Assembly (NCBI GenBank): GCA_963716815.1
Contig: CAVQUM010000022.1
Location: 42,111 to 106,110, forward strand
Direction of reading: 5' to 3'
DNA from: an uncultured Chloroflexia bacterium
GTDB lineage: Bacteria; Chloroflexota; Limnocylindria; Limnocylindrales; CSP1-4
Length of the DNA stretch: 64,000 bases
Positions 25,386-35,785 of the stretch are shown here, one piece after another (position 1 is the stretch's first letter; each line of letters begins with the position of its first letter). A model generated the notes under the pieces. The model searched no databases. It worked only from the letters and a program-made list of their open reading frames with translations, and was not told the DNA's origin. The position numbers were made by a program, and so were the translations under genes.

Positions 25386-26210
25386 ATGACTGCCACCGCC
25401 GACCAGGACAGCGTCAGCAACGACCCCATCGTCGCCGCGGTCGCTGAAGCCAACCGCCGCCGGCGCCTGGGCTTCCGCGCCACCTTCGTCATCACCTGGG
25501 TCGTCGTCATCGGGCTGGCCGTCTACTGGATGCTCAGCATCGAGCGCTTCCAGCCCGGGTTCATCTTCGACAACGCCGAATACGTCCTCGGCGGCGCGAC
25601 GACGACCATCTTCATCTCCATCGTCTCGATCATCCTGGCCATCTTCTTCGCGCTCATCGGCGCCATCGGGCGCATCTCGAAGATGGCACCGGTGTACGCG
25701 GTGGCCACGCTGTATGTCTCGATCGTGCGTGGTACGCCCCTCATCGTCCAGATCCTGTTCATCTTCTGGGCGCTGCCCCAGTTGCTGCCCGAGGCATCAC
25801 GCGTACCCGCTATCTGGATGGGCATCTTCGCGCTCGCCTTCAACTACGGCGCCTACATGACCGAGATCTTCCGCGCCGGCATCCAGGCGGTGCCGCAGGG
25901 ACAGCGGGAGGCGGCCATGGCCCTGGGCCTGGGCGAGCGCCGCATCATGATCAAGGTCGTGCTGCCGCAGGCAGTGCGCATCGTCACCCCGGCCATCGGC
26001 AACGAGTTCATCGCCATGATCAAGGACTCCGCGCTGGTCTACATCGTCGGCGTGCAGGAGCTCCTGTGGCGGGCCAAGACCATCGGCTACGCCAACTTCC
26101 GCACGCTGGAGATGCTCATCCTCGCGGCCGCGGTCTACTGGGTGCTGACGATGATCCTGTCCTACTTCCAGGACCGCCTGGAGAAGCGCATGGCACGAGG
26201 TGACCGATGA
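25386..26210 (+). CDS. Polar amino-acid ABC transporter permease
   Basis: RGTPL, AY..EIFRAGI..VP.GQ.EAA.ALG loop, IKDSAL. Confidence 0.93.
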   Translation: MTATADQDSVSNDPIVAAVAEANRRRRLGFRATFVITWVVVIGLAVYWMLSIERFQPGFIFDNAEYVLGGATTTIFISIVSIILAIFFALIGAIGRISKMAPVYAVATLYVSIVRGTPLIVQILFIFWALPQLLPEASRVPAIWMGIFALAFNYGAYMTEIFRAGIQAVPQGQREAAMALGLGERRIMIKVVLPQAVRIVTPAIGNEFIAMIKDSALVYIVGVQELLWRAKTIGYANFRTLEMLILAAAVYWVLTMILSYFQDRLEKRMARGDR

Positions 26211-27016
26211 GCGTCCCCCTGGGTGATGTCGTCCTCGAGGCGACCGACATCGAGAAGTTCTTCGGCGCCCACCACGTGCTCCGTGGTATGAGCCTGGCCG
26301 TACGCAAGCACGAGACGGTCATGCTCATCGGCCGCTCGGGCTCGGGTAAGACGACGTTCCTGCGCTGCCTCAATTTCCTCGAAGCGCCGACCAGAGGCAC
26401 GGTGGCCATGGGTGACCTGGTCATCGACGCCGACCCGCTGCAGAAGGCCGGCCGCAAACGCCGCAGCGACATCCGACAGTTGCGCCAGCAGACCGGCATG
26501 GTCTTCCAGGAGTTCAATCTCTTCCCGCACATGAGCGTGCTCGACAACTGCATCGAGGCGCCGGTCCACGTCAAGGGTGTGGGCAAGGACGAAGCCATCG
26601 CCACCGCCGAGCGCTACCTCGAGAAGGTGCAGATGCTCGACAAGCGGGACGAGTTCCCGGCGCGCCTGTCGGGTGGCCAGAAGCAGCGCGCGGCCATCGC
26701 CCGCGCGCTGTCCATGGAGCCCGAAGTGCTGCTCTTCGATGAGCCCACCAGTGCTCTCGATCCCGAGCTCATCGGCGAGGTCATCCTGGTCATGGCGCAA
26801 CTCGCCCATGAGGGCTCGACCATGATCGTGGTCAGCCACGAGATGGCCTTCGCACGCGAAGCAGCGGACCGCGTGCTCTATCTCGAAGGTGGCGTGGTGG
26901 TGGAGGAGGGTCCACCCGAGCAGGTCCTCGACGATCCCCAGCAGGAAGCCACGCAGCTGTTCCTCAAGCGCTTCCTCACCGAGGGCGCAACGGTCCCGAC
27001 CGAGACGGCACCGTAG
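26207..27016 (+). CDS. Polar amino-acid ABC transporter ATPase (GlnQ-like)
   Basis: GRSGSGKT, LSGGQKQR, LFDEPTSALDPE, SHEM. Confidence 0.95.
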   Translation: MSVPLGDVVLEATDIEKFFGAHHVLRGMSLAVRKHETVMLIGRSGSGKTTFLRCLNFLEAPTRGTVAMGDLVIDADPLQKAGRKRRSDIRQLRQQTGMVFQEFNLFPHMSVLDNCIEAPVHVKGVGKDEAIATAERYLEKVQMLDKRDEFPARLSGGQKQRAAIARALSMEPEVLLFDEPTSALDPELIGEVILVMAQLAHEGSTMIVVSHEMAFAREAADRVLYLEGGVVVEEGPPEQVLDDPQQEATQLFLKRFLTEGATVPTETAP

Positions 27017-27085
27017 CGGCAGGCGCCCTTCGACAGGGCCCCGGGCACGGCTGACCTCGACGCCACGGAGGCCGCCGACGAGGGG

Positions 27086-27799
27086 CTAGATCTCGCCCAG
27101 GTAGGAGCGGCGGACGTCCTCGTTGCTGGCCAGGGCCGCGGCCGAATCAGCCATCAGGATCCGGCCCGACTGGAGCACGTAGCCGCGGCTGGCCACGGTC
27201 AGGGCGGTGGCTGCGTTCTGCTCCACCAGCAGGATCGAGGTGCCCTCCGCGTGGATGCGCTGGACCGTCTCGAAGATGTACTCGACCAGGTTCGGCGCGA
27301 GGCCCATCGAGGGCTCGTCCATGAGCAGGATGCGCGGCTTGGTCATGAGCGCCCGGCCCATGGCCAGCATCTGCTGCTCACCACCACTGAGCGTGCCCGC
27401 CACCTGCGCGCGTCGCTCCTTCAGGCGCGGGAACATCTCGAAGGCGTTCTCCACGCCCTCTGCCACGAGCTTGGGGTCGTCGACCGTGAAGGCACCCATG
27501 TGCAGGTTCTCTTCGACGGTCAGCTGGGCGAAGATGCGCCGGCCTTCGGGCACTTGCACCACGCCGCGCGTGACCATCTCGTGTGGTGGCACGTGCGTCA
27601 CATCCTCGCCATCGAAGCGGACGTCGCCCTGCTTGGGCACGAGCAGGCCGCTGACCGTGTTGAGGGTGGTCGTCTTGCCTGCGCCGTTGGCACCGATGAG
27701 CGTGACGATCTCGCCCTCGTCGACGGTCAGGCTGACCCCGCGCAGGGCGTGGATCTTGCCGTAGAACGTGTGCAGGTCGTTGATCTCGAGAAGGGGCAT
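27086..27799 (-). CDS. livF: Branched-chain amino-acid ABC ATPase LivF
   Basis: GANGAGKTT, VPEGRRIF, LSGGEQQM, DEPSMGLAP, VEQN. Confidence 0.93.
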   Translation of the reverse strand: MPLLEINDLHTFYGKIHALRGVSLTVDEGEIVTLIGANGAGKTTTLNTVSGLLVPKQGDVRFDGEDVTHVPPHEMVTRGVVQVPEGRRIFAQLTVEENLHMGAFTVDDPKLVAEGVENAFEMFPRLKERRAQVAGTLSGGEQQMLAMGRALMTKPRILLMDEPSMGLAPNLVEYIFETVQRIHAEGTSILLVEQNAATALTVASRGYVLQSGRILMADSAAALASNEDVRRSYLGEI

Positions 27800-27801
27800 G
27801 G

Positions 27802-28630
27802 TCAGTCCTCCCGCACCAGCGCGGCGACGCCGGCCTCGGCCTTGACCCGCTCAGCCTCGGCCTTGGCCGCGGCCTTGCCCAGGTAGGCCTCGATGACTCG
27901 CTGGTCGCTCTGGATCTCGGAGGGCGTGCCCTCGGCGATGCGCTGGCCGTAGTCGAGCACCGTGATGCGCTCGCTGATGTCCATGACCACGCGCATCTCA
28001 TGCTCGATGAGCAGGATGGTGATGCCCAGTTCGTCTCGGAGTTGGCGGATGAGACCGGTCATCTCGCGGGTCTCGGCAGGGTTCATGCCCGCGGTCGGCT
28101 CATCCAGGAGCAGGATGCGCGGGCTGGTGCCCAGGGCGCGGGCGATCTCCAGGCGCCGCTGGTCGCCGTAGGGCATGTTGCTCGCCAGCAGGTCGTAGCT
28201 CCCCTCCAGGCCCACGTAGTCCAGCAGGCGCTGCGCTTCCTCCAGCGCCTCGGCCTCCTCCTGCTGCTGTGAGGGCGCGTGCAGGACGGCCTGGACCCAG
28301 GTCGAAGCCAGATGCTGGTGCTGGCCCACGAGCACGTTCTCGGTCGCGGTCATGCCGCCGAAGAGCCGGATGTTCTGGTATGTCCGCGACAGGCCCAGCC
28401 GGGCGATCTTGTCGGGCCGCAGCTCGTGGATCTCGACGCCGTCGAGGATGATGCTGCCCTCGTCGATCTGGTAGAAGCCGGCGATGCAGTTGAAGAACGT
28501 CGTCTTGCCCGCGCCGTTGGGGCCGATGACGCTGACGATGGCCCCCTCATCGAGGTCGAAGGTCGAGGTCGTTGACCGCCGTCAGGCCGCCGAAGCGCTT
28601 GGTCGCGTTGCGGGTCTCGAGCAGGGCCAT
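27802..28630 (-). CDS. livG: Branched-chain amino-acid ABC ATPase LivG (frameshifted)
   Basis: [48 protein letters not shown]. Confidence 0.88.
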
Positions 28631-28633
28631 GGC

Positions 28634-30459
28634 TCAGGCGCCCCCGCTCGTGCTCGACGCCGGCTCAGCGTCGCTCGCATCGGCCGGCGGCGGACCTTCG
28701 CCCTCGATCGGTGTCTCCTCCGCGTGCATCTCCTGACGACCGACCTTGGAGGGCATCAGGCCCTCTGGGCGCCAGCGCACCACCAGGATGAGGGCGATGC
28801 CGTAGAGCAGGAAGCGGTACTCGGCGAACTCGCGGAAGAGCTCGGGCAGGCCGATGATGACGATCGCTCCCAGCACCACGCCGGGGATGCTGCCCATGCC
28901 GCCGATGATGATGATGGTCACGACGAGGATGGACACCTGGATGTTGATGGAGCTGGGCTGGACGGAGCCGAAGAGCGACGGCGAAGACGGCGCCTCCGAG
29001 GCCCGCGAAGGCCGCGCCCAGCATGTAGGCCAGCGACTTGGTCTGGACCAGGTTGATGCCCAGCGCCTCGGCCACGTCCTCGTCCTCGCGGATGGCGATC
29101 CAGGCCCGGCCGAGGCGTGAATCTCGCAGCCTCACGGCGATGAAGGCGATGACCCCCATGGCGATGAGCGAGATGATGTAGATCTGGTTGGGTCCGGCCA
29201 GCCAGTCCCGGCGCCGGTCTCGATGCCGATCGACGCGAGCGGCTTGGGGATGCCGGTGATGCCGGCCGGGCCGCCGATGAGCGGCTTCATCAGGTTGGAG
29301 CGGGCGAGGATGGCGATGATCTCGCCGAAGCCCAGGGTGGCGATGGCCAGGTAGTCGCCGCGGATGCCCAGGATGGGCAGGCCCAGCAGCAGGCCGAAGC
29401 CCATGGCCGCGAGGATGGCGATGGGCATGGCCACGAAGAAGGGCAGCGCGGCGATGCTGACATCGCCGGTCCCGGTCAGCAGCGCCACCGTGTAGGCGCC
29501 GACGGCGAAGAAGGCCACGAAGCCCAGGTCCAGCAGGCCCGCCAGGCCGAGCGTGATGTTGAGGCCCAGGCCCATCAGGGCATAGAGCGCGACCAGGGCG
29601 ATGACCGAGGGCACGAGGCCGGTGAAGACCAGCGGCAGCAGCAGCACGAAGAGCAGTGCCACGGCACCGGCCGGCAGGACCACGGCCGGATGCTGCCGCG
29701 TCTCCTCGGGCACCTTCTGCCAACGCTCACGGGGTTTGATCAGCACCCATGCCAGGTAGAGCAGGAGGACCAGGCCCAGGATGAGCAGGACGCCCGGCAT
29801 GCGCAGGCCGTTGGAGGCGAAGAGCTCGCGGGCCACCCCCGAGGTGAGCCCGTTCTGCAGCATCGGGGAGCGCAGGATGCCCGAGAACAGGCCCATGAAC
29901 ACGAGCACGACGACGCCGATGAGGATGAGGTCTCGCGCCACGCGCGGCAGCAGCGACAGCAGGCCGCCGAGTGCGCCCAGGCTGGTGCCGATCAGCGCCG
30001 GGAACCAGAACGTGTGGGGGAACGCCTCGCCGAGCCACATCGCCCGCGTCTCCTCCACGCCCAGGATGTCCGCTCCGGAAAGAAGGTCGTAGAGATCACG
30101 TGAGGCGTTGGGCAGGTACTGGCCGATGTCGAGAACGGGCCCGAGCAGGATGAGCAGCGAGAGCGCGGCCCCGGACATGAGCCCGGCCACGGCCGAGCCG
30201 ACGATCCTGTTGATGGCGCCCTGGGGCGCCCTCACGGCCCCCACGTAGCCAGCCATGATGGCCGTCAGCAGCAGCACCAACTGGCCGACAGTGACGACGT
30301 CGTCGATGATGGCCCGCTCCTCGAACGTGCCCACGATGCCCACCAGCGTCACGTACAGGGCGGCGCCACCGAAGACGAGGCCGGCGAGGAAGACCTGCTT
30401 CCAGGCCGCAGGGTTGCGCTCGAACGTCGCGCGCTCGCTCGTGCTGGTCGGTCCGGCGG

Positions 30460-30463
<4 letters not shown>
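28634..30463 (-). CDS. livM: Branched-chain amino-acid ABC permease LivM with extended N-terminal membrane region (frameshifted)
   Basis: GLNI..G.AGLLDLG, RGDYLAIATLGFGEI, GRAWIAIREDE, GGMGSIPG, RPEGL. Confidence 0.85.
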
Positions 30464-31571
<1,108 letters not shown>

Positions 31572-31615
31572 GGCTGCTTGGTCGGTCGCTCACATGTGAT
31601 GGGGGAAGGGAACAT

Positions 31616-31649
31616 GGTCGAGCCGGGCGCCATGACGCCCGGCTCGACC
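31616..31649 (-). terminator. GC-rich hairpin after the binding-protein gene (attenuator or stabiliser)
   Basis: GGTCGAGCCGGGCG-CCATGA-CGCCCGGCTCGACC. Confidence 0.6.
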
Positions 31650-31679
31650 TTCAGGTCCGGTGTATCCGGGTGGTTGGCC

Positions 31680-32894
31680 CTACTTGATGAGCTTGGGCGG
31701 GAAGACACCCTCCTCGACGGTCTCCGGGCCGACCTGGTAGATGCCGATGATGGAGGCACCACAGTCACCGTTCTCGGAGCAGCTCAGCGTGCCCGTCACG
31801 CCGGGGTGATCGGTGGTCGCGTAGATGGCCGAGCGCAGCTCACCGAGGTCGATGGTGACCGAGCCGTCATCGTTGACCACGCCGACCTTCTCGACCGCGT
31901 TGAAGATGATGTTGGCGGCATCGTAGGTGTGCCCGTGGAACGTCGCCAGCGGCTGCTCGATGTTGCCGACTTCGAGGTAGCGCTCGAGCATCGCCGGATA
32001 CGTGTCCGCGAGCAGGTCGAAGTTGGAGGCCGAGAGGTACATGCCCTCGACGTTCGGGCCCGGCAGCCTCGATGAACTTCGGTGCGAACAGGCCGTCACT
32101 GCCGAAGAGGATGACGTCCTCCATGCCGGCTACGTCGGCAGCCTGGTCGACGATGAAGCCACCCTCGTCGATGAAGATCGGGAAGTACAGCAGCTCAGGG
32201 CCGCTCTCAGCCACGTTGGTCAGGACCTGGATCATGTCGGTCTGGCCGTCGTTCACGGCCGTGGCCAGCGTGATCTCACCACCGATCTTCTCGAACTCGT
32301 CGGCGAAGACGCCCACCAGCGACTCCGCGTAGATGGAGCCGTCGTGGATGGTCGCGGCCTTGGTCAGGCCCAGGTCGTTGGCCACGAACTCGGCCACGAC
32401 CTTGCCCTGGAAGGCGTCGTTCCAGGCCGTGCGCAGGAAGCCGTCGAAGCGAGCCTCGCGATCGGGGAAGGTCAGGGTCGGCGAGGTGGCCGACCCCGAG
32501 ATGTGCGTCAGGCCTGCTTCGGTGATGATCTGGCGCGCCGCCGTCGACGGCACCGGAGCAGGTCGGGCCGACGATGCCGATGATGTCCGGGTCGGACGCC
32601 AGGGCCTGGGCCGCCAGGGCCCCGCCCTCGACGGTGCATAGTGAGTCCTGAAGGACCAGCTCGAGGTCGTGGCCCGAGCAGCTGACCACGGTCTAGCGCC
32701 GCGACCTCGACGCCGATGGCCTGGTCCTCACCGAGCGCGGCGTTGGCGCCCGAGATCACGAACATCATGCCCAGCTTGATGGGCTCGCCGGCCGGGATGG
32801 TCACGACGCGCGAGTCCTGGGCCGTCGCGGGCGCTGCCGCAGCCGTGGCCAGCAGGCCGGTCGCCGCGAGGATGCCGAGGCTCTTTCTCATCAT
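31680..32894 (-). CDS. livK: Branched-chain amino-acid ABC substrate-binding protein (frameshifted)
   Basis: Signal MRKSLGILAA, GPTCSG, ISGSATSP, D..QG, HDGSIY, TYDAA; GAGGAG RBS. Confidence 0.85.
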
Positions 32895-33228
32895 CTCTCT
32901 GGTACTCCTCCTATGGGTATGGCGGTCCGGCCCGGTAACGTGCCGGTCCCGCCTGGCCGGTCGCTGCGACGTCGGCTCCACAGCGACGTCAGTGGTTCCG
33001 TCGGCGGGTGTCACCACCCGCTCCGAGTCCCCTCTTCTGTCACGCGAGACATGCGCGCACAGCCACCATGGCCGCTCAAGCGTGGCGACATTCTAGACGG
33101 GTCCAGCCTCGTTGCAAGGTCACGGCGCGGCAGCGACACGGTTACGAGAGCCGGAGTGCGCTCGGCTGACGGCAAGGAACGTTGACACGACGCACCGCCC
33201 GCGACCGCTGCGGCCTGCTGAATCCGAA

Positions 33229-33255
33229 ACGGCCGGGGCGTGAACCCCGACCGTT
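33229..33255 (-). terminator. Intrinsic terminator of the small lipoprotein gene
   Basis: Minus strand ACGGUCGGGG-UUCACG-CCCCGGCCGU followed by UUC. Confidence 0.55.
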
Positions 33256-33290
33256 CGTCGGTCTGGTCCCGGCTCGGGCCGGGTGGTCGG

Positions 33291-33419
33291 CTACTCCGCG
33301 GCTTCGGCGGAGGCAGCGGGCGAATCGGCCGGCGCCTCGGTCGCGTCGTCGTCGCCGTCGCACGCGGCAACGGCGAAGGCGAACAGGAGCGCAGCGAACA
33401 GTGCGGTGATCTTCTTCAT
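33291..33419 (-). CDS. 42-aa small lipoprotein
   Basis: MKKITALFAALLFAFAVAA-C lipobox, acidic tail, GAGGAGG RBS, own promoter TTGCAT-16-TATGAT and terminator. Confidence 0.8.
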   Translation of the reverse strand: MKKITALFAALLFAFAVAACDGDDDATEAPADSPAASAEAAE

Positions 33420-33934
33420 GGTCCTTGATCCCTCCTCGGGTGGGTCGTGTGGGCCGGCATCAGCGCCGGTGGTCGTTCGTCGGTCCCTCTTCTGCCGCCA
33501 CGGCACAGGCAGCGTCGTCGATAGGAACCGAGCACGGCACACCCACACGAAAGGGACACGCTCACGGCAAGCGCACCGTGGAGTATCATAGTCTTCAGCG
33601 TTCCAAATGCAAGACGCCTCCGAGCGCCCCGGGCGTGTGCGGACAGTGACCCCTCACGGCGGTCCTGTGAACACCCGGTGCGGCGCGCTCCGAGGCCAGC
33701 TCCGACGCCACCTTGGCGGGCAGAGCACTTCCATCATGGCGCGCAGCCAGTCGTGATCAGACAGACCTTCGATGCCCACCGGGCCGGTCGTCACCAGGAG
33801 ATCGACACATCAGCAACGACCGGACACAGCACCCTCGACGCGCGCATGGGCAACACCCCGAGACGCGACCGTCGCCCCGAGTGTCCCCCCGCGCAGAGCC
33901 GCCGGACGCGGCTCGCACCACACAGGAGTCCTGC

Positions 33935-35776
33935 GTGAGCAAGAACGTCGCCGTCTTCGTAGACGTCGCGAACATCTTCTATGCGGCCAAGGCCGCTGGG
34001 ATCGATATCGACTACATCACCCTCTTGAAGTCGGCTACGGCCAACCGCGACTTCGTGCGCGCGTACGCCTACACCGGCCTCGACCCGGAGAACGAGAACC
34101 AGCGCCAGTTCCACGCCTTCCTCGCCCGCTCGGGCTACAAGGTCGTGAGCAAGGACATCCGCAAGTACGGCGATGGCCGCATGAAGGCCAACCTCGACAT
34201 CGAGCTCGTCGTCGACATGATGCGCCTGGCCGAGAAGCTGGACGTCGCCGTGGTCGTCTCCGGCGACGGTGATTTCGCACCAGCCATCGCAGCTGTCCAG
34301 CAGAAGGGCGTGCGCGTGGAGGTCATCAGCTTCCGCGGCAACACCAGCAGCGACCTCATGGACGTGGCCGACGTGTTCATCGACATCACCAGCGTGGCCA
34401 AGGTCGAGAAGGGTGTCCGCAGCGGGCGCCGGGTGGCCACCGACGGCGACCTCTCCATGACCGCGGTGCCGGAGAAGGAGTCGGGGGTCAAGCCGCGCCG
34501 ACGCCGTGGCGCTACATCCGATGACACCTCCGAGCGGACCGAGCGGGGGACCCGTACCCGCCGCCGTGGCGGCCGCAAGGTCGAGGCCGAGCCCGCCTCG
34601 GTCGAGGCAGAGGCGCCCGTCGCCTCCGGGGGCGCCGGGCTCGTGGCCCTGCCGGGCGAGAAGCTCTCGCGCGGAGCAGAGGCAGGCGAGGCCTTCGAGG
34701 CTCCTGTCGAGGCCGAGGACCCCGTCGTCGAATCGTCCGAGGAGCAGCCCGCCGACGACGGCAGCGGCAAGCGTCGCCGACGTCGCCGTGGCGGCCGTGG
34801 TCGCGGCCGTGGCGGCCGCAGCGCCGAGACCGGCGACGAGACGGCCGACGAGTTCGGCGACGAGTCCGCGACCGAGGAGATGCCGGTCGTGGCTGTGCAG
34901 GCCGACGAGGTGCCCACACTGCCCCAGCACTCAGGCTTCGGCTCTGTCTGGGACAGCCAGATCGGCGTCCCGGCCGACACCGCACCCGTTGTCTCGGCCT
35001 CGATCGATGCCGCCGGGGATCTCGACGAGCTCGAGGATGAGCCGGCGGTGCCCGAGTACCTGCTGGCCGAGAAGAAGGGTGGCCGCAGTGGCCGCGGTGG
35101 CCGTGGCGGTGGCCGCGGTGCCCGTGGCGGTGGTGGCTATCGTTCCGCGCTCGATCGCGAGCGTTACGGCATGGGTGGCGGCTCCAGCTACGCTCGCGGC
35201 GCCGGCCGCGGCAGGAGTCGCTCCGCCAGCACCCCGCGTGCGTCGGCCCACTCGATGGAGCCGATCGAGCAGACGCGCGGTGGTGATCCCTGGAGCGAGG
35301 TCCCACCCGAGGTGCAGGAGCTGCTGATGGCCGAGCTGGCCCGCCGCGACACCGCCGCGCCACCGGCCAAGGAGGTCGCCGAGGCCCCGGCCGAGGAGAA
35401 GCCGAAGCGCAAGACGACGACGCGCAAGCGCACGACCAAGCAGGCCGCCGAGGCCGAGGCTCCGGCCGAGGAGGTCGCCGAGGCTCCGGCCGAGGAGAAG
35501 CCGAAGCGCAAGACGACGACGCGCAAGCGCACGACCAAGCAGGCCGCCGAGGCCGAGGCTCCGGCCGAGGAGGTCGCCGAGGCTCCGGCCGAGGAGAAGC
35601 CGAAGCGCAAGACGACGACGCGCAAGCGCACGACCAAGCAGGCCGCCGAGGCCAAGGCTCCGGCCGAGGAGGTCGCCGAGGCTCCGGCCGAGGAGAAGCC
35701 GAAGCGCAAGACGACGACGCGCAAGCGCACGACCAAGCAGGCCGCCGAGGCCGAGGCCCCGGCCGAGGAGGCCTAG
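33935..35776 (+). CDS. NYN (LabA/DUF88, PIN-like) ribonuclease with long disordered C-terminal region
   Basis: AGGAG RBS plus GTG; FVDVAN, KANLDIELVVD and SGDGDF catalytic Asp motifs; about 440-aa low-complexity tail. Confidence 0.9.
   Translation: MSKNVAVFVDVANIFYAAKAAGIDIDYITLLKSATANRDFVRAYAYTGLDPENENQRQFHAFLARSGYKVVSKDIRKYGDGRMKANLDIELVVDMMRLAEKLDVAVVVSGDGDFAPAIAAVQQKGVRVEVISFRGNTSSDLMDVADVFIDITSVAKVEKGVRSGRRVATDGDLSMTAVPEKESGVKPRRRRGATSDDTSERTERGTRTRRRGGRKVEAEPASVEAEAPVASGGAGLVALPGEKLSRGAEAGEAFEAPVEAEDPVVESSEEQPADDGSGKRRRRRRGGRGRGRGGRSAETGDETADEFGDESATEEMPVVAVQADEVPTLPQHSGFGSVWDSQIGVPADTAPVVSASIDAAGDLDELEDEPAVPEYLLAEKKGGRSGRGGRGGGRGARGGGGYRSALDRERYGMGGGSSYARGAGRGRSRSASTPRASAHSMEPIEQTRGGDPWSEVPPEVQELLMAELARRDTAAPPAKEVAEAPAEEKPKRKTTTRKRTTKQAAEAEAPAEEVAEAPAEEKPKRKTTTRKRTTKQAAEAEAPAEEVAEAPAEEKPKRKTTTRKRTTKQAAEAKAPAEEVAEAPAEEKPKRKTTTRKRTTKQAAEAEAPAEEA
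35372..35770 (+). repeat. 4 x 99-bp in-frame tandem repeat (EVAEAPAEEKPKRKTTTRKRTTKQAAEAEAPAE)
   Basis: GAGGAGAAGCCGAAG anchors at 35393, 35492, 35591 and 35690. Confidence 0.95.
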
Positions 35777-35785
35777 GCACCGGCC

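Noticed and set aside
32900-33090. T-box riboswitch in the livK leader (GGGTGGTGACACC)
   Set aside because: It does not match the GGTGGnACCGCG antiterminator, forms a simple hairpin instead, and no specifier stem was recognised
33215-33260. c-di-AMP (ydaO) riboswitch suggested by GCTGAATCC
   Set aside because: The remaining consensus elements are absent, and the sequence is explained by the lipoprotein terminator on the other strand
35372-35770. CRISPR or mobile repeat
   Set aside because: It is an in-frame 99-bp coding repeat without unique spacers
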